Under the pieces are notes generated by a model that was not told the origin of the DNA, searched no databases, and saw nothing but the letters and a program-made list of their open reading frames with translations. A DNA stretch of 64,000 nucleotides, taken from NCBI RefSeq assembly GCF_001194135.2, contig NC_068982.1, positions 134,631,735-134,695,734 of the forward strand. The letters are read 5' to 3'. A program made the position numbers and the translations under genes. The stretch's first letter is position 1. Every line of letters starts with the position of its first letter. The stretch comes from Octopus bimaculoides (lineage: Eukaryota). This document shows, in pieces, positions 1 to 13,889 of this stretch.

Positions 1-830
1 CTCAAGAGTGAGCAGCAACAAAAAACCTATTTGTATATGCTCCACATGGGAAAACAAGGAACATAGTTTACAATGAGGTGTTATAATCACAACAGCAAGA
101 AAGTATGTACATGATCACCTTCTTTTACGAAACTTCATTGACTTTCATATATTTATATTGATATACATATATATACGTGTGTTTGGGTGCATGTGTGTAT
201 ATACATCTCTATATATAAAGATGATGCGTAGTCTAGACGGCGTTTTTAGATTTCATTATTCTCTTTAACCCGGGCAACGCCGGGTATTTCTGCTAGTATA
301 AAATAAATGAAGAGTTAGTGATTAGCGTCAAACTCTTCATTAAAAGCAGATGAGAAACAAATAAACTCTTGGATAGGATGCCAGTTATCACCAGTGTATT
401 CATGCATAATTTAGCAGCTAGGTGAGAAGTGAGCTGTTAAATTCAGTGTAATTCTATACAGACATTGAAATGTCTGGAGTGAGTTTGAACTTAAGATCTC
501 TGAATTGACAGTCCAAAATCATATTCATCTGGCAAAATGGTTTCTCCCTAATTTTAATAGAAACTTTAACATTTATGCCCTTCCCTAATGCATTAATACC
601 ACAAACAAAGCAAAATGGCTTCAATTCATAATTGAAACCAGGCTGAAGACATAGTTTGTCAAGAACAAACTTCCTGTTGTATGGTTCTCACCAATTATTG
701 ATTATTGGACCAGTTAATTATAAGCAAGTTTCTTGTAATCAAGTGGTCATTTTACTTTCTAGAACATTTACTGTCACAATACACCTGTGTGATCATATAT
801 AATTGTATTATCAGTACATACCATACTTAC

Positions 831-1003
831 AGTCAGGTTGATAGACTGCAACAAAGAAGTAAGTAACTCTATACATTCTCTGTGCACAAGTTCTTTCATA
901 ATGCTGCTGTTACCAGACAGAAGCTTAAGAGTTCCAACACAATATGTCAGAGCTTCAGAACAGGACACTGGATCTGATATAGGAACCACCTGCAGCAGCT
1001 GAG
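831..1003 (-). CDS. ARMC2: ARMC2 exon (AQLLQVVPISDPVSCSEALTYCVGTLKLLSGNSSIMKELVHRECIELLTSLLQSINLT); gene continues beyond the left edge
   Basis: 173 nt, phase 1 to 0. Matches human EAFLYCMGSIKFISGNLGFLNEMISKGAVEILINLIKQIN. Acceptor tttcttatttcag, donor GTAAGT. Confidence 0.92.
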
Positions 1004-1949
1004 CTGAAATAAGAAACAACATTAATTACAATACATTATAATGATTTGTGGGGTGTAAATGTAACTGAAACAGTAGACACATCACAGCGTTTAAATTTTG
1101 TTAATCTACTTTCATCATTATCATCATCATCGTTATTGTTTTAATGTCCACTTATTCATGTTTATATGGGTCAGACGGAATTTATTGAGGTAGATTTTTT
1201 TACAACTGGGTGCCTTTCCTGTTTCCAACACTAACTTGATTCCAAGCCAGGAAATATTTTCCCATGGCTGGACATGGTATTCATGGAAGACTGGAAATGA
1301 GCAACATTGCTTGTAATATGTTGTCAAGAATGTGATGTCAAGAAAAGGAAACACACACATACGAATCTATATACAATGGGCTTCTTTTAGTTTCCATCTA
1401 CCATATTCACTCACAAGGCTTTAGATGGCCTAGATATTTAGTGGAAGACACTTTTCCAAGGTGCTGTAGCGTGGGACTGAACCTAAAACCACAAGGTTGG
1501 AAAGCATGCTTCTTTACCACACAGCCATACCTGCATCTGGGTTCAAATTTCACAATCACCAGTATCAACTCTGCATTTTTTCCCCTACATAGCAGTTATA
1601 CACTGGGGTTAATCCAGCCTACTATAACCTTCCCTATCACAAGTAGCCTTCATATGTTATATATACAGTTACTGCACACTGGTAGTTACCAATAGTTGCT
1701 ATAGAAACCATGTCAAAAATAAAATGCACGAGCAAGACATGTTCCTCCAACCCAAAGTCTAAGAGTCCAGTTATTCCACATAAGAATTAATCAGCACCAT
1801 GATGATCCCTCACCAGCCTAAGTGCACAAATGAAATGACAACCACAAAGTTCTTGGTGTAGAACTGTTAATCAGGTGACATAACAAATGTCAGAGGTGGT
1901 TGCAGTGAAAGTTTAGTAGCAAGAGTGAGGAAGAGGTGGGAGTAATCCA

Positions 1950-2430
1950 AAGAGACATTACATCTGTTTGCAACAAAAAGGCTTCTCTTTTTTATGTTGA
2001 AGACAAACTGTGCAAGATATGTAAAAGAAGAGTGATTTTATATGATAGTGGGAGATCAATACTAAATTGGGAGGACCTATGGAGTGTGATGAGAAACAAG
2101 TGATGCATGAGTTGGTCAATGTACCATATTAGCTTATATGGAGCACAAACTAAATAGAGTGTGGCTAAGAGCTAAGAGTGTGCCTAAAAGCTAATTGTGA
2201 GGCGAAGAGCTAAAAGTGTGGTTACGTATTTAAAGGCATAAAGGGAGACATAAAGGCACTTGATGTGAATGGATGGTGAATAATGGATGGGAAAAGTGGT
2301 AGATGCTGAAAGAGGAAGACTGAGAATGACCTGGGAAATACAAGTAGCAAGGTCAAATCTTAGGTTACGGTGCATTGTCGATGGAATGACAAAAGACTAT
2401 AAGGAATAGCAGTATGACATGCAGCAGATC
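1950..2430 (+). mobile_element. Old RTE-like LINE fragment
   Basis: Decayed GFS..KDKL...VILYDSG and RGRLRMTWE motifs, with many stops and frameshifts. Confidence 0.5.
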
Positions 2431-3865
2431 TATCCAACCCAAGTGAGCATGTGGTGGAGGTATGTGGCTTAGAAGTCAAGGTGTCAGACTTATGATTGTA
2501 AGAGTGTGGTTAAATGTTGCGTTCTTGAGCAAAACTCTTCATTTTACGTTGCTCTAGTCCACACAGCAGGCAAAAATGAGTATTCCTGAGATGGACAGGC
2601 ATTCCATCTAGTGGGAATATATGCACCACAGAAATTGGGAAACCAGCTTCATGAGTCTATACAACTCAGGAAGAATTTTTATCCTTATATTTTTAAGCAA
2701 GCATGGGAAACACATTAGAATTATGATGACGACAATAATGATACAATACATGAACAATGAGTTAACAGAAACAGCTGGGAATTTATAGTGTTGTAGCTTT
2801 GTAAAAAAAAACAGGAAAAATCTATAATCATATCATTAACATATAACTTTCAAGATTAATTTGTTTGATAATTTTTCCTTCATTATCTTTAATGTAGTCT
2901 TCAAAAAGGGGGGGGGGGGGAATGTTTCAAGGAGTTGTTCACACTAAATATACTTGTCCTGTATGATATTTAAATATCAGAAATAATACATTTCTAAATC
3001 TCTCAGAGAGACTTAAGCATTAGTGATGCGATAAAATAGTTGTATACTGTCGACTTAACATGACAGTCCCAATAAGGGAATACTACTACTGCTATTTAGC
3101 CCTAGGAAGCTGGACCGCTTCCTGTTGGCCTTGACACATTTCCTGTGTCCTTATGTTTGCGAGGGGGAGACAAACTCCTCCACCCAGCCATACAACTACT
3201 TTATTTAAATATCATTTATCTGAAATAGCTAGTGCTGCTTTTTCAATATGCCATAACAAATACCTTTGTAATTCAATGATCTATTTTATATATACATTTA
3301 GGTGTTTTATTATATACAAGCATTGATTTTATTTTCCTGATTAAGCACATTTTTCATAAAGGATGTGTATAATTGATTGAATTGATTTTTATCAGCTTCA
3401 AAAACAAGAAACGCAACACTGTTCCTAGAGAGACAAGATGATATTACTGCAATGAATTTAGGCAAATCTTCTAGTGATTTTACCCATACTCTTCTTTTAA
3501 TACGTAGAAATATTAAAATTTTTCTTTACAAAATTTTTGTATATTACTTTCTCTTGTATTATCATTATAATGTTTACTTTTTCATGCTTGTATGGATGAA
3601 ATGAGAGCATGGTGCAGAGGCTTCTACAGTCAAATGGTCTTCCTGTTACTAACCTCCATATTTCCAAGTGAGTTAATATCCAACAACAAACAGCCCAGAC
3701 ATTTATGCGGAGAACTGGAAACAAACACCATACGAACAAGCCTTTTGTTTACAAAGATTGTGCAACATGTCAAGACATGCTATCATGGTGGACTGTAAGT
3801 AAATGACACAGTCAGCAAAAACACACCATGAAAATGAGGGAAATACCAACTCACCCAGACATACA

Positions 3866-3901
<36 letters not shown>

Positions 3902-4253
3902 CACCAGCTTAGTTATGATGAAGTTATTTTACTAACTTCATTAGTTTCAAAATTAATTGAAGTAAAGACAGTGTTTTTTAATAGAAATATGGTGACACAA
4001 GGGTTTACCTGTCTGTTGGTCTATAATGGTATATAATGGTTAAGGCCAATAGACCATCTCACTTCAGACTATTACTATATTAGACTAACAATGAAATAAT
4101 TATGACTATAATTCATAAAATAATTACAAAATACTAACAATATTAATCATTAAATTTTGTGTTTAAAAACAGCATAAGGAGTTTAATCTCTATTAGTAAT
4201 ATATTTAAACTATTGAGGAAGAATGATGAAAAATGAAGAAATTTAAATAATAC

Positions 4254-4356
4254 CGAGGATGTGTCCTTTCAAAAATAAGGGGTCATTCTGTTCATTGCGG
4301 CTGACTTTGAAAACCAATTTACAGGTGCTAAGGAGATTCTTGCCTGTCACTCGAAA
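4254..4356 (-). CDS. ARMC2: ARMC2 exon (FRVTGKNLLSTCKLVFKVSRNEQNDPLFLKGHIL)
   Basis: 103 nt, phase 0 to 1, too short for the ORF track. Matches human LKVSRKNLLNVCKLIFKISRNEKNDSLIQNDSIL. Acceptor ttttacattttttctag, donor GTATT. Confidence 0.93.
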
Positions 4357-4449
4357 CTAGAAAAAATGTAAAAATGAAGAAATATTAAAGAAGATAAATT
4401 TCATATTTTCTGTGAATAATAATGATAATAATAATAAGATTAATAATAA

Positions 4450-4690
4450 AGTAGACGTGATACCAATAGTAATTGGTACACTTGGAAGTACCAGCACTCA
4501 ACCACCAACATAACTGAAAAAGATTGGTACAAATGTAAAGATAGAACACCTACAAAATCAACATTGCTTGTGCATGAATTCTTTGCAGGGTTCTTGAAAC
4601 ATGACCAGTAAACAAGTGTCACCTTAGTCTGCAGCTGACACTTTTCATAATACCCAGCAAAATAAGCTATGAGTTTTCATATAATAAACA
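4450..4690 (+). mobile_element. R4/Dong-like (REL-endonuclease) non-LTR 3' end in a (TAA)n tract
   Basis: VDVIPIVIGTLGS...KIG..VKIEHLQ matches the PIVIGALG...LQK C-terminal motif. Flanked by taataa runs. Confidence 0.65.
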
Positions 4691-5296
4691 CTTTTTTCTG
4701 CACAATAGGGGTAGTTTATCCTGTTCAGGCTATATTATTAGCATTATCCTGCGTTTAAGAATTAAAAAAAATCACTTTAACATTCTAAGACATCTCAATG
4801 CTTCTAAAGCAAACTTCGTTTGTTTACTCTTTTACTTGTTTCAGTCTTTTGACTGTGGCCATGCTGGAGCACCGCCTTTAGTCGAGCACTTTCATCGTAA
4901 TTTGAATTGAATAATAATAATAATTAATTCTTTTATTGGCCACAATAATTAACTAGCTCCCTCCTTCTAAAACAATTGCTGGCTTTGTGCCAAAATTTGA
5001 AACTACTATTATTATCATTATATTATTATTAATGCAACATGAACCTCAGCAGAATTTGAACACAGAGCTAGGAGTCAGAAGAAATACCAGTCAGCATTTT
5101 GTCTGATGTGATCATAATAATAATAATAATAATTCTACTATAGACACAAAACCCAAAATTTAATTTAACTCTTCAAGGTGGTGACCTAACATGGCTGCAG
5201 TTCAATGTTTGAAACAATTAAAAGATCAAAGATATTTCAGGTTAAGAAATTATTTAATCAGTGATGTCTACTTCTGTAAACATCGTCATCATCAGG

Positions 5297-5327
<31 letters not shown>

Positions 5328-5469
5328 GGTAAATGCATAAAATTACAAAAATATGACTTTACTAAAGATTTGAAGAAACATAACCAGACAGATTCATCTT
5401 CATGAATTTTCATTATGCTTCCAGAAATATTCAGAAAATTCAAAAAACTTTAGAAGTGTTGAAACTTAC

Positions 5470-5645
5470 GGCTAATATAATTTCTGCCATAGAAAGCAAC
5501 ACATCTGCACTATCAAAATCCAATAACTTAAACACAGCTTTTAAGATGGTTGAACGTTGTTTGTAGTTTCTGCCAAACAAATTTTCCTTCTCCAGTAAAT
5601 TATATAAACTTTCAGCTGTGGAGCATATTTGGTCCGCAGCTTTTT
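5470..5645 (-). CDS. ARMC2: ARMC2 exon (KAADQICSTAESLYNLLEKENLFGRNYKQRSTILKAVFKLLDFDSADVLLSMAEIILA)
   Basis: 176 nt, phase 1 to 0. Matches human VCAACTQLHHALEEGNMLGNKFKGRSILLKTLCKLVDVGSDSLSLKLAKIILA. Canonical AG and GTAAGT. Confidence 0.92.
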
Positions 5646-5980
5646 CTGCGTAAAAAAACAACAATGGATAAAAGATGAAATATAAGTAGGAGAGAATAAT
5701 TAAGATTATGAGTAAATTAATATTGTATTAATTAATTAACATTTAAACTACACTCAAGTAGAAATCAAACATCATTATCTCATTAACATTTAATTATACT
5801 CATGAAGACAAAAAAAATCACTATCACATTTGTAAGAGGAATACAGGTTATTATGCCCACCTGCCTGCTTGCTTGCCTATCATCATCTTTGTTTTTATGT
5901 GTAATTATATATAAAACATGAATTATATATAAAACACTACTATTATTATTATTATTATTATTATTATTTTAAATACCTAC

Positions 5981-6067
5981 TTTCTTTGTGGTAAAATAAA
6001 TTATCTAGTAATGGATTGATATTCTGGTCAAAGAAACTGGACTCTTCAGAAGTTTCTTCATTGATTT
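5981..6067 (-). CDS. ARMC2: ARMC2 exon (xINEETSEESSFFDQNINPLLDNLFYHKE)
   Basis: 87 nt, phase 1 to 1. Acceptor tttttatcattttgcag, donor GTAGGT. Aligns to human EEDAEIEVDEVFWNTRIVPILRELEK. Confidence 0.82.
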
Positions 6068-6169
6068 CTGCAAAATGATAAAAATAAATAATGCCAGCAA
6101 TTGATAAATTTACTGAGAGGTTAAAATTATTAAAAAAAATTAAAATCTTTTAAATACATTTTCTCTGGC

Positions 6170-6490
6170 ACACCATGGCTTACAAGGATGAAGGTTCCAG
6201 TTAATATGATTAACAGAACAACCTGCTCATGAAATTAATGTGCAACTGGCTGAACACTCCACAAACACATGTACCCTTGATGCAGTTCTCAGGGAGATTC
6301 AGTGCGGCACAGAATGTGACAAGACTGGCCCTTTGAAATACAGGTACAATTCATTTTTGTCAGCTGAATGAACTGGAGCAACATGGAAATAAAGTGTCTT
6401 GCTCAAGAGCACAATGCACTGCTGGGAATCAGACTCACAACTTTACAATCACGAGCCAAGCACCCTAACCAGTAAGCCCTGTACCTTCAC
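6170..6490 (-). mobile_element. SINE family D (tRNA head plus CORE-like domain); related copies at 2455-2680, 58251-58690, 63138-63290
   Basis: Shared cttgagcaagacactttatttc..ttgctccagttca segment resembles the MIR CORE (ttgggcaagttacttaa..tgcctcagtttc) as recalled. Confidence 0.6.
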
Positions 6491-6601
6491 CATTCACACA
6501 CTGATCAGGAAAACAAAGCAAACAGAAAAAACAACAATAATGACTATAGTGGGAATGGTGGTGGTGGTGGGGGTGGGGGTAAAAAACAGATTACTACTTA
6601 C

Positions 6602-6666
6602 TGTCAGTATTTACAAGATGTTGTTTAGAACCATCTTGGTTGATATGTTCACCTTCATTAACAACA
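6602..6666 (-). CDS. ARMC2: Candidate ARMC2 linker exon (VVNEGEHINQDGSKQHLVNTD)
   Basis: Acceptor cttgtcattacag, donor GTAAGT, open frame. Phase-1 end matches the next exon. No homology support (variable linker). Confidence 0.5.
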
Positions 6667-6967
6667 CTGTAATGACAAGCAATTGATATAAATCAATGAA
6701 TCAGATGTAAAATTATCAAGCAGAATTACTACAACACTTTCTCACATTTATAGCCATGCATTCTTCTATTTCATGGGGAATTGGAAAATTTGTGCTTTGT
6801 ATTTAATTGGTTTCATTTTTATGTCTGCTTTTCCCATGCTGTGAAAAAGAGATAACAATTAGCTCACTGTCTAATATTCTTTTAATTTTGTTGTGTCTGA
6901 GGAGAGTCATTCTGTTTTAATGCCTTACTAATTAATACATTCACCAGTTCAATTTCTACTCATTTAC

Positions 6968-7069
6968 TTTTTTTTTTCTAAAATTTTCATTGCTTCCTGC
7001 AACCTCTTCAATAGTTGATGACTGTCTGTTATTGGAGCTACGCTCTTTTGGCAAATATAGGAGATAATT
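6968..7069 (-). CDS. ARMC2: Candidate ARMC2 linker exon (102 nt, two frames open)
   Basis: AG/GT bounded, symmetric, with two open frames. No recognisable homology and a weak acceptor. The phase 2-2 frame would join the 6602-6666 exon. Confidence 0.28.
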
Positions 7070-7734
7070 CTAGACATGCTTTGGTTTTATTAGACTTCAT
7101 TAGCAAAGCATAGATATCACTGTACTTACTGAAGTAGTGATGAGAGAATCTATGCAGATGTACAATATTTTGCTAGAGAAGGCATGAAAATTAGAATAAC
7201 TAAAAGTATATAATTAAACAGACAACTGAGGTTAATTACACAGAGTATACTCTGTAAAGTGGTTGGAATCCAGCTGTAAAAGCCAGGCCAAAACATATAG
7301 TGGAGCTTAGTGCAGTCTTCTGGTTTACCAGCTCCTGTCAAACTATTCAACCCATGCCAGCATAAAAGATGAACATTAAATGATGATGATGCCATCTGCA
7401 TTTAAAACAATAGTTAACTTAGTGCTAACATATTTAATGTAGCATCTATGAAAACCCTCATTAGAAATACTTGTGTGGTGAAGGAAAGACAACTGTTAAG
7501 GCAAGACACTGACTGAATGTGCACAATATGGTTACTTGATCTTTAGCTTTTCACTACTACTACCATCACCACCACCACCACTTTTGCTTTTCCATGCTGG
7601 CATATGTTGGAAAGGTTTACTGGAGACAGTGTTCTGTGGCTGCATACCCTTTCTATTGCTGACCCTTTAAGTCACATGACACACAGGGATGCATTGTATC
7701 TAAAACCAGGATACATACAGCAAGTTTTTATTTA

Positions 7735-8115
7735 TTCTTTTAACCTTTTACTTGTTTCAGTCATTAGACTAAGGTCATGCTGGAGCACTGCCTTGAAAAA
7801 TTTGTAGTTGAATGAATCGATCCTAGCACTTATTCTATTGGTCTCGTTTGCTGAACTACTAAGTTATAGGGATGTAAACGCAACAACACTGGTTGTTAAG
7901 CAGTGGTGGGGGACAAACAGAAACACAAAGACAAACACACACACACACACACTTCTATAAATGATGGGCTTCTTTCAGTTTCCATCTATCAAATCTACTC
8001 AAGAGGATTTGGTCACCTGAGGCTATAGCAAAAGACATTTGCCCAAGGTGTCACACTGTGGGACTGAACCTAGAATTATGTGGATGGGAAGCAAGCATCT
8101 TACCACACATCCACC
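7735..8115 (-). mobile_element. SINE family A, old copy with CpGs decayed
   Basis: Same layout, with many CG to TG/CA changes. Confidence 0.8.
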
Positions 8116-8610
8116 TATTTTTAAAATTTTCATTTCATTTCTTTTGTTTGCCCTTACATCACTTCGTTCACAACATGAAAAACAGTAAGTGAGAGTGAGA
8201 GAGGGATAGAGAAANNNNNNNNNNNNNNNNNNNNNNNNNNNNNNNNNNNNNNNNNNNNNNNNNNNNNNNNNNNNNNNNNNNNNNNNNNNNNNNNNNNNNN
8301 NNNNNNNNNNNNNNNNNNNNNNNNNNNNNNNNNNNNNNNNNNNNNNNNNNNNNNNNNNNNNNNNNNNNNNNNNNNNNNNNNNNNNNNNNNNNNNNNNNNN
8401 NNNNNNNNNNNNNNNNNNNNNNNGTTTCCTTGTTTCTTTTCAGTTTTTCTGAAGATTGTAAAGAATTATGAAAGACAACTTGGTTGGTCAAATTAAAAAC
8501 ACACATTTTTATCATAAACGAAGTATAATCATATAATATTTAATGAAAAAATGTATAAAAATAAAACAAAGTTACATCATAATATATAGTATATCATATA
8601 TGTTTGGAAT

Positions 8611-8945
<335 letters not shown>

Positions 8946-9701
8946 TCTCTCTATATATATATATAAAATAAAGATGTGAATATATAAATAAAATATAAAT
9001 TGTATAATCAGCAGATGTTGAGAAAAATGAAAAAAAATGTACAGAATATAAATATGTAAAAAAAAAACCAGTTTTCTCTCTCAAGTCAGTTTGACTCAGT
9101 AGTATGTGCCATAGTTTTGTTGTTTTAGGTGTCTGTCTAGTCAAAAACAGGCAGATATCCCTCCAGCCTTCTCATCCTTGACTCAGTAAAATATCCAGGT
9201 TGTGAGAGCTGGAGGGAAAGGGTGATGCTGCACCAGTACCTGGCTGGTATTCATTTCAGGTGAGTAGACTAATGTGAAATAGAGTGCCTTGCTCAAAGAC
9301 ACAGTGCACTACCCAGCCCAGGAACGCAATATAGTAAATAGGTAAACAGTATCATCATCATCATCATCATCATCAAATACATATATATGTATGTATACAG
9401 ACATACACACAGAGTAGATTCTCCCATTGGTTTTTATGAACAAGGGTCTAACAACCATTACTATAACTGTTAGACTACCAAACAGATGATTTATTTTCTA
9501 TGGTGAAGACTTGTGTAATACCAGCCACACACTTTGGAAATGTTGATAACAGACAGTGGGAGCAAATGCTTGATGTAATTTCAATGAGCAACATACTACA
9601 GGCTTTTCTATGAAAGTTTCTCATCTCCTGGGTTAGCTACCTTTAAAGTCCAACATACCTTGGTAGGCTAAATGTGCACCTGAGCACTAAACTAGAAATT
9701 T

Positions 9702-9746
<45 letters not shown>

Positions 9747-10736
9747 NNNNNNNNNNNNNNNNNNNNNNNNNNNNNNNNNNNNNNNNNNNNNNNNNNNNNN
9801 NNNNNNNNNNNNNNNNNNNNNNNNNNNNNNNNNNNNNNNNNNNNNNNNNNNNNNNNNNNNNNNNNNNNNNNNNNNNNNNNNNNNNNNNNNNNNNNNNNNN
9901 NNNNNNNNNNNNNNNNNNNNNNNNNNNNNNNNNNNNNNNNNNNNNNNNNNNNNNNNNNNNNNNNNNNNNNNNNNNNNNNNNNNNNNNNNNNNNNNNNNNN
10001 NNNNNNNNNNNNNNNNNNNNNNNNNNNNNNNNNNNNNNNNNNNNNNNNNNNNNNNNNNNNNNNNNNNNNNNNNNNNNNNNNNNNNNNNNNNNNNNNNNNN
10101 NNNNNNNNNNNNNNNNNNNNNNNNNNNNNNNNNNNNNNNNNNNNNNNNNNNNNNNNNNNNNNNNNNNNNNNNNNNNNNNNNNNNNNNNNNNNNNNNNNNN
10201 NNNNNNNNNNNNNNNNNNNNNNNNNNNNNNNNNNNNNNNNNNNNNNNNNNNNNNNNNNNNNNNNNNNNNNNNNNNNNNNNNNNNNNNNNNNNNNNNNNNN
10301 NNNNNNNNNNNNNNNNNNNNNNNNNNNNNNNNNNNNNNNNNNNNNNNNNNNNNNNNNNNNNNNNNNNNNNNNNNNNNNNNNNNNNNNNNNNNNNNNNNNN
10401 NNNNNNNNNNNNNNNNNNNNNNNNNNNNNNNNNNNNNNNNNNNNNNNNNNNNNNNNNNNNNNNNNNNNNNNNNNNNNNNNNNNNNNNNNNNNNNNNNNNN
10501 NNNNNNNNNNNNNNNNNNNNNNNNNNNNNNNNNNNNNNNNNNNNNNNNNNNNNNNNNNNNNNNNNNNNNNNNNNNNNNNNNNNNNNNNNNNNNNNNNNNN
10601 NNNNNNNNNNNNNNNNNNNNNNNNNNNNNNNNNNNNNNNNNNNNNNNNNNNNNNNNNNNNNNNNNNNNNNNNNNNNNNNNNNNNNNNNNNNNNNNNNNNN
10701 NNNNNNNNNNNNNNNNNNNNNNNNNNNNNNNNNNNN
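9747..10736. other. Largest of 16 assembly gaps (others start near 8215, 12115, 13607, 15295, 23433, 29071, 35324, 36974, 38194, 49320, 52403, 54281, 58687, 60646, 61839)
   Basis: N runs, mostly flanked by microsatellites or SINE hinges. Confidence 0.99.
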
Positions 10737-12382
10737 CACACATTGTGAGTGATCGCTAGTGCAACACCCTAACCACCAGACCATGTGCCTTCACTCTATA
10801 TGACATGCTTCTTTCAGTTTCCATTTATCAAATCCCAAATCCACTCACAAGGCTTTGGTTGGTCAGGGGCTATAGTAGAAGCCACTTGCCCAAGGTGTCA
10901 CAAAGTGGGACTGAACCCAAAACCATGTGGTTAAGAAGCAAACTTCTTGACTACACAGCCATGCCTGAACCACTAAAAAAAAAAAAAAATATTCTCAATG
11001 ATTAACAAAAATAACAAATGACTAAAATATTGACAATTTGAATCTCATCACTCACACTATGTGACAAAAATCCTTTTTAACAGCCATAACATTTTTTTCA
11101 TTGTTCAGTCAAATGACTCAATGATTTTTGCACATAATCTCCCTAAATCACAGAGGTCAATACCATTAACCTTTTAAGACCCAGATTAATCTATCAAATG
11201 TAATGCTTATTTATTCCATGTAGCTTTGAGATTTTTATGATGCAATTGCTTATTTTTAGAAGTATACTGAGAGAAAGGTGCAAGAGGCTGGATCTGACTG
11301 GTTTTGAACATAAAACAAGTAGAATATTTAGACTGGATATGACCAGTTTGAATGCTGAAGGGTTAAGAGTTCTACTACAGCTGTGTAAGTTGATCAAAAG
11401 TGACCAACTTAACATACAAGTGAGTAACCTAAAATATAAGCCGACACATACCATACCAAAGGGAATCTTGAGCTTTAAGAAGTGACACAAATTTGTGGTA
11501 TTATAACTCAAGACACTATAATCTCTTTGTCAAGCAATGAATTAAATCTCGAGATAAAATTATAAATCACTCACTGAAAAGCAAGAGTGAATTTTCAAAA
11601 TGAAAGCATAAAATAAATATCTTAAGAATGTTAATGAGACAAAAGTCAAACAGACAGTACACCAATAATCACTATATAAAGAAGTTTATGACCTACAAGA
11701 TCTAATTAAAAAAAAAATAAAAAAGTATACCACAGAAGGAAAAGCATATAAGTTTCTGTGAAAAATAATGTTGGAAAGTTTCAGTGTCCAGTTCACCTGA
11801 AAACTACATTTATTTATAAACTTAGAGTAGTAAAATTCAAATTTACGATCAAAGTAAGCAAACAAAGTTTGTTCTTTTTTAGAAGCGTTGATATGTATTG
11901 TAAGAACAGAAATAAATTTATTTCTCAAACGCGTGATAATGCTATAAATAGCGAGATCAGGATAAATTATCCATTTATTGCAGAAGAATACGCTACTGGC
12001 CAGCCATGAGACTCGAACTCACATCTCTGTGATTACGCGTCAAGTGTTTTACCATAAATGACATGTCGAATTTTTTATAAAACTTGAAATAAGTATATAT
12101 ATATATGTGTATGTANNNNNNNNNNNNNNNNNNNNNNNNNNNNNNNNNNNNNNNNNNNNNNNNNNNNNNNNNNNNNNNNNNNNNNNNNNNNNNNNNNNNN
12201 NNNNNNNNNNNNNNNNNNNNNNNNNNNNNNNNNNNNNNNNNNNNNNNNNNNNNNNNNNNNNNNNNNNNNNNNNNNNNNNNNNNNNNNNNNNNNNNNNNNN
12301 NNNNNNNNNNNNNNNNNNNNNNNNNNNNNNNNNNNNNNNNNNNNNNNNNNNNNNNNNNNNNNNCATATATATACATACACAA

Positions 12383-13194
12383 GTGCCCTGAGAGAAAAGT
12401 TGGACTTAAGAAGCATCAGATGTGGTGTGCAAGAGAGACGACTGCGCTGGTATGGTCAGGTGTTGCAAATGGATGAGGACAGCTGTGTGAAAAAGTGTCA
12501 CACCCTAGCAGTTGAGGGAACCTGTGGAAGAGGTAGACCCAGGAAGACCTGGGATGAGGTGGTGAAGCATGACCTTCGAACATTGGGCCTTAGCGAGGCA
12601 ATGACCGTGACCTTTGGAGATATGCTGTGCTTGAGAAGACCCAGCAAGCCAAGTGAGACCATAACTGTGGTCTATGCCAGTGTTGTATAACCAGCCCATT
12701 TAAGAGTACCCTTCAATCATTGGACAATAAACTACGCTTGTGAAGACCTGTTGAGGCAAGTGAAATCACTGCCGTGGCCAATGACAGTATCACCTGATTG
12801 GCACCCGTGCCAGTGGAACGTTAAAAGTACCATTTGAGCATGATCGTTGCCAGGGCTGCTGACTGGCTCTCATGTTGGTGGCACGTAAAAAAAAAGCACC
12901 ATTCGAGTGTGGTCGTTGCCAGTGCCGCTGGACTGGCTCCTGTGCAGGTGGCATGTAAAAAGCACCATTTGAGCGTGGCTGTTGCCAGTAACGCCTGACT
13001 TGCTCTTGTGCTGGTGGCACATAAAAGCACCCACTACACTCTTGGAGTGGTTGGCGTTAGGAAGGGCATCCAGCTGTAGAAACTCTGCCAGATCAGATTG
13101 GAGTCTGGTGTAGCCATCTGGTTCGCCAGTCCCCAGTCAAATCGTCCAACCCATGCTAGCATGGAAAACGGACGTTAAATGATGATGATGATGA
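12383..13194 (+). mobile_element. RTE-clade LINE 3' end (ORF2 C-terminus, repeated 3'UTR, (GAT)n tail)
   Basis: ERRLRWYGQVLQMDEDSCVKK...GRGRPRKTWDEVVKHDLRTLGL is a typical RTE C-terminus. Four GGCACGTAAAA-type UTR units, then a gatgatgatg tail. Confidence 0.88.
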
Positions 13195-13845
13195 CTAATC
13201 ACACACACACACACATTATTCTAATACCATAATATTGAATATTTATTTTGAACAATCTATATGTAGCTGCTGGTCAAGTACTGGTGTCGATATAATGAAC
13301 TATTTCACTCATCAGAAATTTATAACCTAAGTTATAAATCAATAGGTATATCATTATCATAACTTTAACGACTGCTTTTCCAGGCTTGCATGCATCAGAC
13401 AGAATTTGTTGAGGCAGATTTTCAATGGGTGGATGCTCTTCTTGTCACCAACCCTCATCTATATTCAAGCAAAGTGATATTTACCTGTGGCCAGACATGT
13501 TACTCATGGAAGACTGGAAACAAAGGGCACCACTTGTGTGATGGTGACACCTCTTTACAACTATCAAGATTCTAGACAAGGAGATATACAAACACCCCCC
13601 CCCCCNNNNNNNNNNNNNNNNNNNNNNNNNNNNNNNNNNNNNNNNNNNNNNNNNNNNNNNNNNNNNNNNNNNNNNNNNNNNNNNNNNNNNNNNNNNNNNN
13701 NNNNNNNNNNNNNNNNNNNNNNNNNNNNNNNNNNNNNNNNNNNNNNNNNNNNNNNNNNNNNNNNNNNNNNNNNNNNNNNNNNNNNNNNNNNNNNNNNNNN
13801 NCCACACAGCCACTCCTGCACATATATACATTTACACACATATAT

Positions 13846-13889
<44 letters not shown>

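Noticed and set aside
5258-5443. 61-aa ORF adjacent to an ARMC2 exon
   Set aside because: No ARMC2 similarity. The true next exon is 4254-4356.
7130-7172. 43-nt AG/GTAAGT-bounded candidate exon (QNIVHLHRFSHHYF)
   Set aside because: No homology. Its phases (0 to 1) could join 14389 directly to 5981 but conflict with the 6602-6666 candidate. Unresolved without cDNA.
9659-9701. Strong minus-strand donor AAG|GTATGT with a CTFSLP frame
   Set aside because: No acceptor gives the needed phase 0 start, and it abuts a (CA)n tract and a gap.
12000-12062. tRNA-like segment (minus strand, GAGTTCGAGTC B box)
   Set aside because: A full cloverleaf cannot be built. Probably a SINE head or pseudogene relic.
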